Shown here in pieces: positions 27,601-37,293 of a stretch of DNA of 64,000 nucleotides. Source of the stretch: Gammaproteobacteria bacterium. Its GTDB lineage: Bacteria > Pseudomonadota > Gammaproteobacteria > QQUJ01. The position numbers were made by a program, and so were the translations under genes. The stretch's first letter is position 1. Every line of letters starts with the position of its first letter. The stretch is taken from NCBI GenBank assembly GCA_050287605.1, contig JBNKCG010000026.1, positions 76,123 through 140,122 of the forward strand, written 5' to 3'. The notes beneath the pieces were generated by a model. It did no database searches and was not told the DNA's origin. It worked only from the letters and a program-made list of their open reading frames with translations.

Positions 27601-30600
27601 ATGATTGACCTCGACCCCCGGTGGGACCGCAACAAACGGCGTGATGAGGCGGAACTGCTCCGCTCGCTGATCGCAACCGCCGCGCTCGACGATGCCGCCC
27701 GCGAGGCCATCGTCACCCATGCCGCCGGGCTGGTTGAACGCATCCGCCACGATGCGCGCCCCGGTCTGATGGACGTCTTCCTCGCCGAATACGGGCTCTC
27801 CACCGACGAGGGCGTCGCCCTCATGTGCCTCGCCGAGGCGCTACTCCGGGTGCCCGACGCAGCCACTATCGACGCCCTCATCGAAGACAAGATCGCTCCT
27901 TCCGACTGGGGCAAACACCTGGGCCGCTCCTCCTCGCCCCTGGTCAACGCCTCCACCTGGGGCTTGATGCTGACCGGCAAGGTGCTCGAAGAGAGCGGAC
28001 CGGGCGTGGCCGGTACGTTGCGCTCAATGATCCGCCGCCTCGGCGAGCCGGTGGTGCGCACCGCGGTGGGCACCGCGATGCGCGAGATGGGTCGCCAGTT
28101 CGTGCTCGGCGAGAACATAGGCGCAGCCATGAAACGGGCGCGTGCCAAAGAGGCCCAGGGGTTCACCTACTCCTACGACATGCTGGGCGAGGCGGCGATG
28201 ACCGCGACCGACGCCGAGCGCTACCAACAGGCCTACGCCGACGCCATTGCCGCTATCGCCGACGCCTGCACTGCGGACGAGATCGCCGCCAATCCCGGCA
28301 TCTCGGTCAAACTGTCGGCCCTGCACCCGCGCTACGAAGTGGCTAAGACTGAGCGCGTCATCAAGGAGCTGGTGCCGGTTTTGACGGCGCTCGCCCGACA
28401 GGCCGCGCGCGCCGGCATGGGCCTCAACGTCGACGCCGAGGAGGCCGACCGGCTGGGGCTCTCCCTCAAGGTCATCGAGGCGGTACTCGCCGATCCGCAA
28501 CTGGCGGGTTGGGAGGGTTTCGGCGTGGTGGTACAGGCCTACGGCCGGCGCGCCGGCGAAGTGATCGACGGGCTGTACGAGATGGCACAGCGCAACGACC
28601 GGCGCCTCATGGTGCGGCTGGTGAAGGGCGCCTATTGGGACACTGAGGTGAAACGCGCGCAGGTGGAAGGGTTGAGCGACTTTCCCGTCTTCACGCGCAA
28701 GGCGGCGAGCGACGTCAGTTACCTCGCCCACGCCCGCACGCTGCTGGGTCTTACCGACCGCATCTATCCGCAGTTCGCCACCCACAACGCCCACACCGTG
28801 GCGGCAATCCTGCACATGGCACGCGACATCGATCACGGCGCCTACGAATTCCAGCGCCTGCACGGCATGGGCGAAGCGCTGCACGACATCGTGCACAACG
28901 AGACGCAGGCGCGCTGCCGCATCTACGCGCCGGTGGGCGCCCACCGCGACCTGCTCGCCTACCTGGTGCGGCGGCTGCTGGAAAACGGCGCCAACTCCTC
29001 GTTCGTCAACCGCATCGTCGACGAGAGCGTACCCGCGCGCGACGTCGCCGCCTGCCCATTCGCGACGCTCGCCGCCCCACCCGGCCCCACCGAACCCACC
29101 CTGCAGACGGGCCCCCAGCTGTTCGCCCCGCAGCGCGCCAACTCGCGCGGTTTCGACCTGGCCGACGTCACCGTACTGACGCGCATCGCAACCGAACGTC
29201 CAACGCCGACGCCCTGGCGCGTCGAGCCGATACTCGCCGGGACGGTGGAGGGAATGGCGCCCGAGACGGCCTACAACCCGGCCACCGGTGCGCCCATCGG
29301 CGAGGTGGTCTGCGCCACTGCGCGCGATATCGACACGGCCCTGTCCGCCGCACGCTGCTGGGAGGCGCCGGTGAGCGAGCGGGCCGAGATCCTGCGCCGC
29401 GCTGCCGGTCTCTACGAAGAGAACTTCGGCGAACTCTTCGCCCTGCTCGCCACCGAGGCGGGCAAAACCCTGCGCGACGCCGTCGCGGAACTGCGCGAGG
29501 CGGTGGATTTCCTGCACTACTACGCCGCCGAGGCCGCGCACCTCGACGACCCGGCGCGCGGCCTGTTTACCTGCATCAGTCCGTGGAACTTCCCGCTCGC
29601 CATCTTCACCGGCCAGATCGCCGCGGCCCTGGCCGCCGGTAACGGCGTGCTCGCCAAACCGGCCGAAACCACGCCGGCCATCGCCGCCTGGGGTGTGCGG
29701 CTGCTGCACCAGGCCGGGGTGCCGCGCACCGCGTTGCAACTGCTGACCGGGCCTGGCCGCGTCATCGGCACCGCGCTCACGGCCGACCAGCGCGTCAACG
29801 GCGTCGCCTTCACCGGCTCCACCGCCACCGCACGTGCCATCCAGCGCGCCATGGCCGAGCATCTCGAACCGGGCACACCGTTCATCGCTGAAACCGGCGG
29901 ACTCAACGCCATGATCGTCGACAGCACGGCGCTGCCGGAGCAGGCGGTGCGTGACATAGTCGCCTCGGCCTTCCAATCCGCCGGCCAACGCTGTTCGGCG
30001 CTGCGCTGCCTCTACGTGCAGGAGGATATCGCGCCGACCATTCGCGAGATGCTGATCGGGGCCATGGATCAATTGGCCTTGGGCGATCCCTGGGAGATCG
30101 CCACCGACGTGGGCCCGGTCATCACGGCGGCCGCCCAGGCCGAGATTGCGAACTACGTGGAGCAGGCAGCCGCCCAAGGCCGGCTGATCCACCGACTGGA
30201 GCGCCCGCACACCGGCAACTTCGTGGCACCGGCGCTGATCGCGGTGGAGGGGATTGCCGACCTGGAGCGCGAGGTGTTCGGCCCCGTGCTGCATCTGGCC
30301 ACCTTCCGCGCCCGCGACATCGACCAAGTGATCGCGGCGGTGAATGCCACGGGCTACGGTCTCACCTTCGGTCTGCACACGCGCATCGACGACCGCGTCC
30401 AGACCATCGCCGACTCGGTGCACGCGGGCAACATCTACGCCAACCGCAACCAGATCGGCGCGGTAGTGGGCTCCCAGCCCTTCGGCGGCGAGGGGCTCTC
30501 CGGCACCGGCCCCAAGGCGGGCGGGCCACATTACCTGGCGCGTTTCACCCGCCGCACTGCCCCGCGCTACGAGGCGCAAGAGGATCGTCCCGCCGACATT

Positions 30601-31035
30601 CGGTCGGTCGTTACGGCGCTCGAGGCGGGTGCAAAAATCCGAAGCAAAACCCGCGCGCAACTGATGCCGGGGCCGACGGGCGAACTCAACCGCCTCAGCA
30701 CCGTGGCGCGGCCGCCGCTTCTCTGCCTCGGTCCCGGTGAAGCGACCGTACACGAGCAGCTCGTCGCCATCGAGGCACTGGGCGGCCGGGCGGTCGCAGT
30801 GAACGGGCGGTTACCGCCCGAGCAGCTTGCCACCCTCCCCGCCTTCGGCGCCGCGCTCTGGTGGGGCGACGAAGCGACAGGCCGCCAGTACGCGCAAGCC
30901 CTCGCCGCGCGGCAAGGTCCCATCGTCCCGTTGGTGACGGAGCGCCCGGACCCCGCGCATGCGCACTTCGAACGCCATTTGTGCGTCGACACCACGGCGG
31001 CGGGGGGGAACGCGAGTCTGTTGGCGGGGAAATGA
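27601..31035 (+). CDS. putA: Bifunctional proline dehydrogenase / P5C dehydrogenase PutA (no N-terminal RHH domain)
   Basis: GVALMCLAEALLRVPD, SYDMLGEAA, RLVKGAYWD, QFATHNAHT, RRLLENGANSSF, ISPWNFPLAIF, FQSAGQRCSA, PGPTGE, AAGGNASLL. Confidence 0.97.
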   Translation: MIDLDPRWDRNKRRDEAELLRSLIATAALDDAAREAIVTHAAGLVERIRHDARPGLMDVFLAEYGLSTDEGVALMCLAEALLRVPDAATIDALIEDKIAPSDWGKHLGRSSSPLVNASTWGLMLTGKVLEESGPGVAGTLRSMIRRLGEPVVRTAVGTAMREMGRQFVLGENIGAAMKRARAKEAQGFTYSYDMLGEAAMTATDAERYQQAYADAIAAIADACTADEIAANPGISVKLSALHPRYEVAKTERVIKELVPVLTALARQAARAGMGLNVDAEEADRLGLSLKVIEAVLADPQLAGWEGFGVVVQAYGRRAGEVIDGLYEMAQRNDRRLMVRLVKGAYWDTEVKRAQVEGLSDFPVFTRKAASDVSYLAHARTLLGLTDRIYPQFATHNAHTVAAILHMARDIDHGAYEFQRLHGMGEALHDIVHNETQARCRIYAPVGAHRDLLAYLVRRLLENGANSSFVNRIVDESVPARDVAACPFATLAAPPGPTEPTLQTGPQLFAPQRANSRGFDLADVTVLTRIATERPTPTPWRVEPILAGTVEGMAPETAYNPATGAPIGEVVCATARDIDTALSAARCWEAPVSERAEILRRAAGLYEENFGELFALLATEAGKTLRDAVAELREAVDFLHYYAAEAAHLDDPARGLFTCISPWNFPLAIFTGQIAAALAAGNGVLAKPAETTPAIAAWGVRLLHQAGVPRTALQLLTGPGRVIGTALTADQRVNGVAFTGSTATARAIQRAMAEHLEPGTPFIAETGGLNAMIVDSTALPEQAVRDIVASAFQSAGQRCSALRCLYVQEDIAPTIREMLIGAMDQLALGDPWEIATDVGPVITAAAQAEIANYVEQAAAQGRLIHRLERPHTGNFVAPALIAVEGIADLEREVFGPVLHLATFRARDIDQVIAAVNATGYGLTFGLHTRIDDRVQTIADSVHAGNIYANRNQIGAVVGSQPFGGEGLSGTGPKAGGPHYLARFTRRTAPRYEAQEDRPADIRSVVTALEAGAKIRSKTRAQLMPGPTGELNRLSTVARPPLLCLGPGEATVHEQLVAIEALGGRAVAVNGRLPPEQLATLPAFGAALWWGDEATGRQYAQALAARQGPIVPLVTERPDPAHAHFERHLCVDTTAAGGNASLLAGK

Positions 31036-31112
31036 GAATTGAACGCCGAGTGTCGTACCGACCATGGCGCAATGGAGACCGCGTCGGTTACGGTTTTCGT
31101 GGTCGCCTTGAC

Positions 31113-31606
<494 letters not shown>

Positions 31607-31726
31607 GAAAGCGAGCGCGACAGGGTAAACCAGACGGCGGGGGGTTGCAATGGCCATCCCGTTCGACTTCCCGGCCGGCAAGACAGGGGGCGCTGGGTTC
31701 GTTACCATCGACACTGAATCCACGGT

Positions 31727-32503
31727 ATGGAGTCGCCGTTGCCCCCCACCCTTCGCCCCCTTTTCTGCGCGACCACAGTGCTCGCGCTTGGCCTCACGGT
31801 AGCCGGAGTTGCCCGCGCAGGTTGCGACGATCCGCCTGGACCGGGCGTCAACTGGAGCGGCTGCGACAAACACGGTGTCAAACTGGACGGTGCGGACCTG
31901 CGCGGCGCGTTCTTCAGCCGCACCCGTCTGGAAGGGGCCAGTTTCAAAGAGGCACGCCTCGATGGTACCGACTTCCAGCTGGCCAAGCTAAGCGGGGCCG
32001 ATTTCACCGACGCGCGCCTCTACAAAGCCCGCTTTGTGGGCGCCGATCTGCAGCAAGCCAATCTCAATGCCGCCTCCGTTCACGAAGGTCGTTTCGAGCG
32101 CGCTGATATGCGCAACGCCCAGCTCGAAGGCACCCGCCTGAAGGGCGCCAATCTCTACGGCGCATCGCTCAGCAAAGCGCACCTCGCCCGCGCCCAATTG
32201 GACGAAGCCAACCTCGAGGAGGCCGACCTCTACCGCGCCGACCTGACCGGGGTGACGGCCCGCTCAGCCAACTTCACCAACGCGGTACTGGAGGATGCCA
32301 ACCTGGCGCAAGCCGATTTGCAGCGCGCACTGCTGCAGCGGGCGCGCCTGATGGGGGCCGACCTGCGCGGTGCCGATCTCACCCGTGCCAACCTGGTGGA
32401 TGCGGATCTCACCGACACCCGCCTGGAGGGCGCCAAGCTGGACAACGCCAGTTGGACCGACCGTCACCGCTGCCGACCCGGTTCGGTGGGCAGTTGCCGC
32501 TAA
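31727..32503 (+). CDS. Secreted pentapeptide-repeat protein
   Basis: Signal peptide; long A(D/N)LxxA-type pentapeptide run; Cys residues at both ends. Confidence 0.9.
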   Translation: MESPLPPTLRPLFCATTVLALGLTVAGVARAGCDDPPGPGVNWSGCDKHGVKLDGADLRGAFFSRTRLEGASFKEARLDGTDFQLAKLSGADFTDARLYKARFVGADLQQANLNAASVHEGRFERADMRNAQLEGTRLKGANLYGASLSKAHLARAQLDEANLEEADLYRADLTGVTARSANFTNAVLEDANLAQADLQRALLQRARLMGADLRGADLTRANLVDADLTDTRLEGAKLDNASWTDRHRCRPGSVGSCR

Positions 32504-33264
32504 CCGCCGGTCACTCGGTACCAGACCATCCCCAGCAGTTCGTGCAGATAGAGCCGGTTGCGGTACAACGCATCCGCCGACGGCAGCACCGCCGCCCAGC
32601 GCGACGTTTTCGGCGCTCGGGTATAGAACGCAGTGGGTGCGGCCAGCACCTGGAAACCCGCCTGTTCGAACGACCACTGAGCGCGATGCATGTGGAAGGC
32701 ATGGGTCACCAGCACGATGTGGTCGATGCCCTCGGCCCGCAGCAGATCGCGCGCCTTGCGGGCATCCTCGCGGGTATTGAAACTGCCGGTGGCAGCCCAG
32801 CGCACCGGCACGCCGAACTCGCTTTCGAGAATCGATCGCAGCCAGACCGAACTGTCCTCGCCCCGCCGATAGGGATCGGCGCCGATCACCGCCAGCGGCA
32901 GGCCCGTGTGCCGCTGTAGGTAGGCCGCGTAGCGCACCCGCTCCAGCTCGTTGCGACCCGAGGTGGTGGTCCCGTATTCCGGCGCCCGATAATAGGTGTC
33001 CGCGCTGATCACTACGATCGCCTGGGCACCGCTGGTCTTGATCTGGTCGGGAGTAACCGCCGGGGCGTCCTCCAGCCAGCCGGCCAACAACGGCGACAGC
33101 AGCGACGAGCTGAGAAGAAACAACGCTGCCCAGCCGACGCCGAACAACGTCCAACCGCCACGACGCCGCAACCCGAGCAACAGCACGCCCACGGCGATCA
33201 GCAGCAGTGGCCCCAGGGGTGGCATCACCAGATTTTCCAGAAAACGAGTCAGTGCAACGGACAT
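32500..33264 (-). CDS. YdcF/DUF218 (ElyC/SanA-like) membrane protein
   Basis: N-terminal TM helices; SFNTREDA, LVTHAFHMHRA, LHELLGMVWYR. Confidence 0.88.
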   Translation of the reverse strand: MSVALTRFLENLVMPPLGPLLLIAVGVLLLGLRRRGGWTLFGVGWAALFLLSSSLLSPLLAGWLEDAPAVTPDQIKTSGAQAIVVISADTYYRAPEYGTTTSGRNELERVRYAAYLQRHTGLPLAVIGADPYRRGEDSSVWLRSILESEFGVPVRWAATGSFNTREDARKARDLLRAEGIDHIVLVTHAFHMHRAQWSFEQAGFQVLAAPTAFYTRAPKTSRWAAVLPSADALYRNRLYLHELLGMVWYRVTGG

Positions 33265-33385
33265 GGTGGGCGCAGTTTAGCGGTTGCGCTCATCGACAGC
33301 AGCCCCCACCCACTGGCTTGTCTCGACACTCTCCTGCGGTTAGTCTGCCCCACTCCACCTGTCCGCCGTTGCCGAGCCCAATTCC

Positions 33386-35440
33386 ATGTCACCCCGCATC
33401 GCCCGCAGTGCCTGCCCCCACGACTGCCCCTCCACCTGCGCCCTGGAGGTGGAACTGGTCGACGAGCGCACCATCGGCCGCATCCACGGTGCGCGCGCCA
33501 ACGGCTACACCGCCGGCGTGATCTGCGCCAAAGTGGCGCGCTACGCCGAACGCGTCCACCACCCCGAACGGCTGCGCACGCCGCTGCGGCGGGTCGGCCC
33601 CAAGGGCAGCGGTGAATTCGAGCCGCTGTCGTGGAACGATGCCATGGACAGCGTGGCCGAGGCGTTCCTCCAGGCCGAGCAACGCTACGGCAGCGAGTCG
33701 ATCTGGCCCTACTACTACGCCGGCACCATGGGCCTGGTGCAGCGCGACGGCATCAACCGCCTGCGCCACGCCAAGCGCTACGCCGGTCAGCTCAAGACCA
33801 TCTGCTCCACCATCGCCCGCGCCGGCTGGACCGCGGGTGCTGGCGCCGTCCGCGGTCTCGACCCGCGCGAGATGGCCGACGCCGAGCTGATCCTCATCTG
33901 GGGCACCAATGCCGTTGCCACCCAAGTCAACGTCATGACCCACGTCGCCCGTGCGCGCAAAAACAGCGGCGCCCAGGTGATCGTGATCGATCCCTACTGC
34001 AACGCCACCGCCCAGGCGGCCGACCGCCACGTCGCGCTGCGCCCCGGCACCGACGGTGCCCTGGCCTGCGCCATGATGCAGGTACTGTTCGAGGAAGGTT
34101 ATGCCGACCGCGACTACCTGGCCCGCTACAGCGACGACGCGGCACGACTGGAGGCCCATCTCGCCACCCGCACCCCGGAGTGGGCCAGTACCGTCACCGG
34201 GCTGCCCGCCACGGAGATTCGCGAACTCGCCCGCATCTACGGACGCGCCAAGCACAGCTTCATCCGACTGGGCTACGGCTTCACCCGTTCGCGCAACGGC
34301 GCAGTCAACCTGCATGCAGTGAGCTGTCTGCCGGTCGTCACCGGTGCCTGGCAATACCGCGGCGGCGGCGCACTGTTCGGCAACGGTGCGCTCTACCACT
34401 GGGACACCACCCTCATCGAAGGCAAGGACGTCGCCGACCCCGACGTCCGCCAGCTCGACATGACCCGCATCGGCGCGGTACTCGGCGGCGATCAACGCGA
34501 CTTGGGCAACGGCCCGCCCGTCACCGCCATGCTGATCCAGAACACCAACCCGGCCGCCGTTGCCCCCGACCAGAACCGGGTCATCCAGGGGCTGGCGCGC
34601 AACGACCTGTTCGTCTGCGTCCACGAGCAGTTCATGACCGACACCGCGCGGTTCGCTGACATCGTGCTGCCCGCCACCACTTTTCTGGAGCATGACGATC
34701 TCTACCAGGGGGGCGGCCATACCTACCTGCAAGTGGGTTTGCGCGCCATCGAGCCGCTGGCCGAAGCGCGTTCCAACCACGAGGTGGTGTGCGAGCTGGC
34801 GCTGCGCGTCGGGGCCGAACACCCCGGCTTCCATATGAGCGCGCGCGAGTTGATCGATGCCACCCTCGCCGCCTCGGGTTGGCCGGCCATCGACGAGCTG
34901 GGCGAGTACCCTTGGCACGACTGCGCAGCGCCGTTCGAGGAGGCGCACTTCCTCAACGGCTTCGCGCATCCCGACGGGCGCTTCCGCTTCGCCCCCGACT
35001 GGCCGGCACTGGGCACCCAGGCCGAGGGAATGCCGGAGCTTCCGGATCACTGGGAGGTCACCGATGCGGGCGACACCGAACACCGTTTCCGTCTGGTCAC
35101 TGCGCCGGCGCGCAACTTCCTCAACACCAGCTTCACCGAAACACCCAGCGCCCAGCGGCACGAAGGCCGCCCCGAGGTGATGATCCACCCCGACGACGCG
35201 GCGACGCTGGGGATCGTCGATGGCACCTTGACGCGCATCGGCAACCACCGGGGCGAGATCCGCGTCCATGCGCGCCTCTTTGACGGGCTGCAGCGCGGCG
35301 TGCTGGTCGTCGAGAGCGTGTGGCCCAACGGCGCTTTTGCCGACGGGCGCGGCATCAACACCCTGACCAGCGACGACCCGGCAGCCCCCGACGGCGGCGG
35401 CGTGTTTCACGACACGGCGGTCTGGATCAGGCCCAAATGA
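33386..35440 (+). CDS. Cytoplasmic molybdopterin (bis-PGD) oxidoreductase of unknown substrate
   Basis: CPHDCPSTC...ICAK Fe-S motif, WGTNAV, IDPY, DIVLPATTFLE, C-terminal MPT-binding domain (VMIHPDDA); no TAT signal. Confidence 0.9.
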   Translation: MSPRIARSACPHDCPSTCALEVELVDERTIGRIHGARANGYTAGVICAKVARYAERVHHPERLRTPLRRVGPKGSGEFEPLSWNDAMDSVAEAFLQAEQRYGSESIWPYYYAGTMGLVQRDGINRLRHAKRYAGQLKTICSTIARAGWTAGAGAVRGLDPREMADAELILIWGTNAVATQVNVMTHVARARKNSGAQVIVIDPYCNATAQAADRHVALRPGTDGALACAMMQVLFEEGYADRDYLARYSDDAARLEAHLATRTPEWASTVTGLPATEIRELARIYGRAKHSFIRLGYGFTRSRNGAVNLHAVSCLPVVTGAWQYRGGGALFGNGALYHWDTTLIEGKDVADPDVRQLDMTRIGAVLGGDQRDLGNGPPVTAMLIQNTNPAAVAPDQNRVIQGLARNDLFVCVHEQFMTDTARFADIVLPATTFLEHDDLYQGGGHTYLQVGLRAIEPLAEARSNHEVVCELALRVGAEHPGFHMSARELIDATLAASGWPAIDELGEYPWHDCAAPFEEAHFLNGFAHPDGRFRFAPDWPALGTQAEGMPELPDHWEVTDAGDTEHRFRLVTAPARNFLNTSFTETPSAQRHEGRPEVMIHPDDAATLGIVDGTLTRIGNHRGEIRVHARLFDGLQRGVLVVESVWPNGAFADGRGINTLTSDDPAAPDGGGVFHDTAVWIRPK

Positions 35441-35523
35441 GAGCGTGATCGCGCGCCCGCGCCCCGACCCGAGACGCAGGCTACCCGCAGCAAAACCGCC
35501 CACCCGGTGTAATAATCAACCCT

Positions 35524-37203
35524 ATGGCCGAACACGACGAACCCCCACGACGGCGCCGGGCGACCGCCCGGCCACCAACCCAGGAAGCCACCCGCTTCGT
35601 CGCCGAGCTGCTCGGTGACCGTCCGCGGCGCGCCGACCTGCTGATCGAACACCTCCATCGCCTGCAGGATCAGGTCGGACATCTGACCGAGGATCACCTG
35701 CGCGCGCTGGCAAGTGAGCTCAAACTGGCGCCCGCGGAGATCTACGAGGTGGCGAGTTTCTACCACCACTTCACCCTGGTCCACGACGGCGACGCGGCGC
35801 CGCCGCGCCTTATCGTGCGCATCTGCGATTCGCTGAGCTGCACCCTGGCCGGTGCCGAGGCGCTCATCGCCCAGGCCACCGCCTACCTGCCCGCCGATGT
35901 GCGCCTGGAGCGCGTCCCTTGCGTGGGCCGCTGCCAGCATGCGCCGGTGGCGGTAGTGGGCACCAATCCGCTGCACCATGCCACGCCCGAGCTGCTGCAG
36001 GAGGCGCTGCATCACCGCGAGACCGAACCCGAGATCCCCGACTACGCCGATCTGCGCATCTACAGCACCGGCGGCGGCTACAAGACCTGGCAGCGCTGCC
36101 TGGAGGGCGAGCTGACGGTGGAAGGCGTCATCGACGCCCTGGAACAAGCAGGCCTGCGCGGCCTGGGCGGCGCCGGCTTCCCCGCCGCGCGCAAATGGCG
36201 GCTGGTGCGCGAGCACCCCGCACCGCGCACCCTGGTGGTCAACATCGACGAGGGCGAACCCGGAACCTTCAAGGACCGCCACTTCCTCGAATCCGACCCG
36301 CACCGTTTCCTCGAAGGGGCGCTGATCGCCGCCTGGGCGGTGGAAGCCGACGCCATCTACCTCTACCTGCGCGACGAGTACGCCACCGCGCGGCAGATTC
36401 TCACCAAGGAGTTGGAGTCGCTGCGCGAAACCTTCGACGACGAACTGCCCGCCATTCACCTGCGCCGCGGCGCCGGCGCTTACATCTGCGGCGAAGAGTC
36501 GGCGCTCATCGAGTCGCTGGAGGGCAAGCGCGGCCTGCCGCGCCAGCGCCCGCCCTACATCGCACAGCAGGGTCTGTTCGGCCACCCGACCCTGGAGCAC
36601 AACCTGGAGACCCTGCACTGGGTGCGCGACATCGTGGAGGGCAACCACGCCGCGCTGTGCGACGATGCCGGCCGCAGCCTGCGCACCTACTCGGTGAGCG
36701 GGCGGGTGGCGCAGCCCGGCGTCTACCGCGCTCCCGCCGGGATCAGCGTGCGGCAACTGATCGACGACTACGCCGGCGGCATGCTGCCCGGCCACACGCT
36801 CTACGCCTACCTGCCGGGCGGCGCCTCGGGCGGCATCCTGCCCGCCGGGCTGGCCGACCTGGCGCTGGATTTCGGCACCCTGGAGGAGTACGGCTGCTTC
36901 ATCGGCTCCGCCGCCGTCGTCGTGCTGTCGCAGGCGGATCGCGCCGTGGATGCCGCGCGCAACGCCATGCGTTTCTTCGCCCACGAATCCTGCGGCCAGT
37001 GCACCCCGTGCCGGGTAGGCACCGAAAAGGCGGTGCATTTGATGGAGGCCGCCGAGTGGGACGTGCCGCTGCTGGAGGAGCTGGCGCAGGCCATGCGCGA
37101 CGCCAGCATCTGCGGCCTGGGCCAGGCGGCACCCAATCCCCTGAGCTGCGTATTGCGCTATTTCTCCCACGAACTCAAACCGGGGTACGGCCATGCCGAC
37201 TGA
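35524..37203 (+). CDS. NAD-linked formate dehydrogenase beta subunit (NuoE+NuoF-like fusion)
   Basis: EVASFYHHF, CDSLSC, PCVGRC; GLRGLGGAGFP, NIDEGEPGTFKDR, YICGEESAL, ESCGQCTPCR, SICGLG. Confidence 0.9.
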   Translation: MAEHDEPPRRRRATARPPTQEATRFVAELLGDRPRRADLLIEHLHRLQDQVGHLTEDHLRALASELKLAPAEIYEVASFYHHFTLVHDGDAAPPRLIVRICDSLSCTLAGAEALIAQATAYLPADVRLERVPCVGRCQHAPVAVVGTNPLHHATPELLQEALHHRETEPEIPDYADLRIYSTGGGYKTWQRCLEGELTVEGVIDALEQAGLRGLGGAGFPAARKWRLVREHPAPRTLVVNIDEGEPGTFKDRHFLESDPHRFLEGALIAAWAVEADAIYLYLRDEYATARQILTKELESLRETFDDELPAIHLRRGAGAYICGEESALIESLEGKRGLPRQRPPYIAQQGLFGHPTLEHNLETLHWVRDIVEGNHAALCDDAGRSLRTYSVSGRVAQPGVYRAPAGISVRQLIDDYAGGMLPGHTLYAYLPGGASGGILPAGLADLALDFGTLEEYGCFIGSAAVVVLSQADRAVDAARNAMRFFAHESCGQCTPCRVGTEKAVHLMEAAEWDVPLLEELAQAMRDASICGLGQAAPNPLSCVLRYFSHELKPGYGHAD

Positions 37204-37222
37204 CCCGGAATCGCCTTTCACC

Positions 37223-37276
37223 GTAGGAGCGGCCGCCGGCCGCGAAGGACTTATCGCGAGCAGCGCTCGCTCCTAC
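37223..37276. repeat. GTAG-type REP doublet
   Basis: GTAGGAGCGGCCGCCGGCCGCGA...TCGCGAGCAGCGCTCGCTCCTAC: inverted GTAGGAGCG/CGCTCCTAC ends with internal palindromes. Confidence 0.7.
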
Positions 37277-37293
37277 AGCGGGTTTATTTCACG

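Noticed and set aside
28024-30753. 909-aa antisense ORF over putA, and similar long ORFs at 37725-40994, 37906-40767, 33389-35503 and 25225-26772
   Set aside because: Shadow frames of well-supported genes; expected at this GC content, with low-complexity Arg/Ala/Gly/Pro composition and no recognisable motifs.
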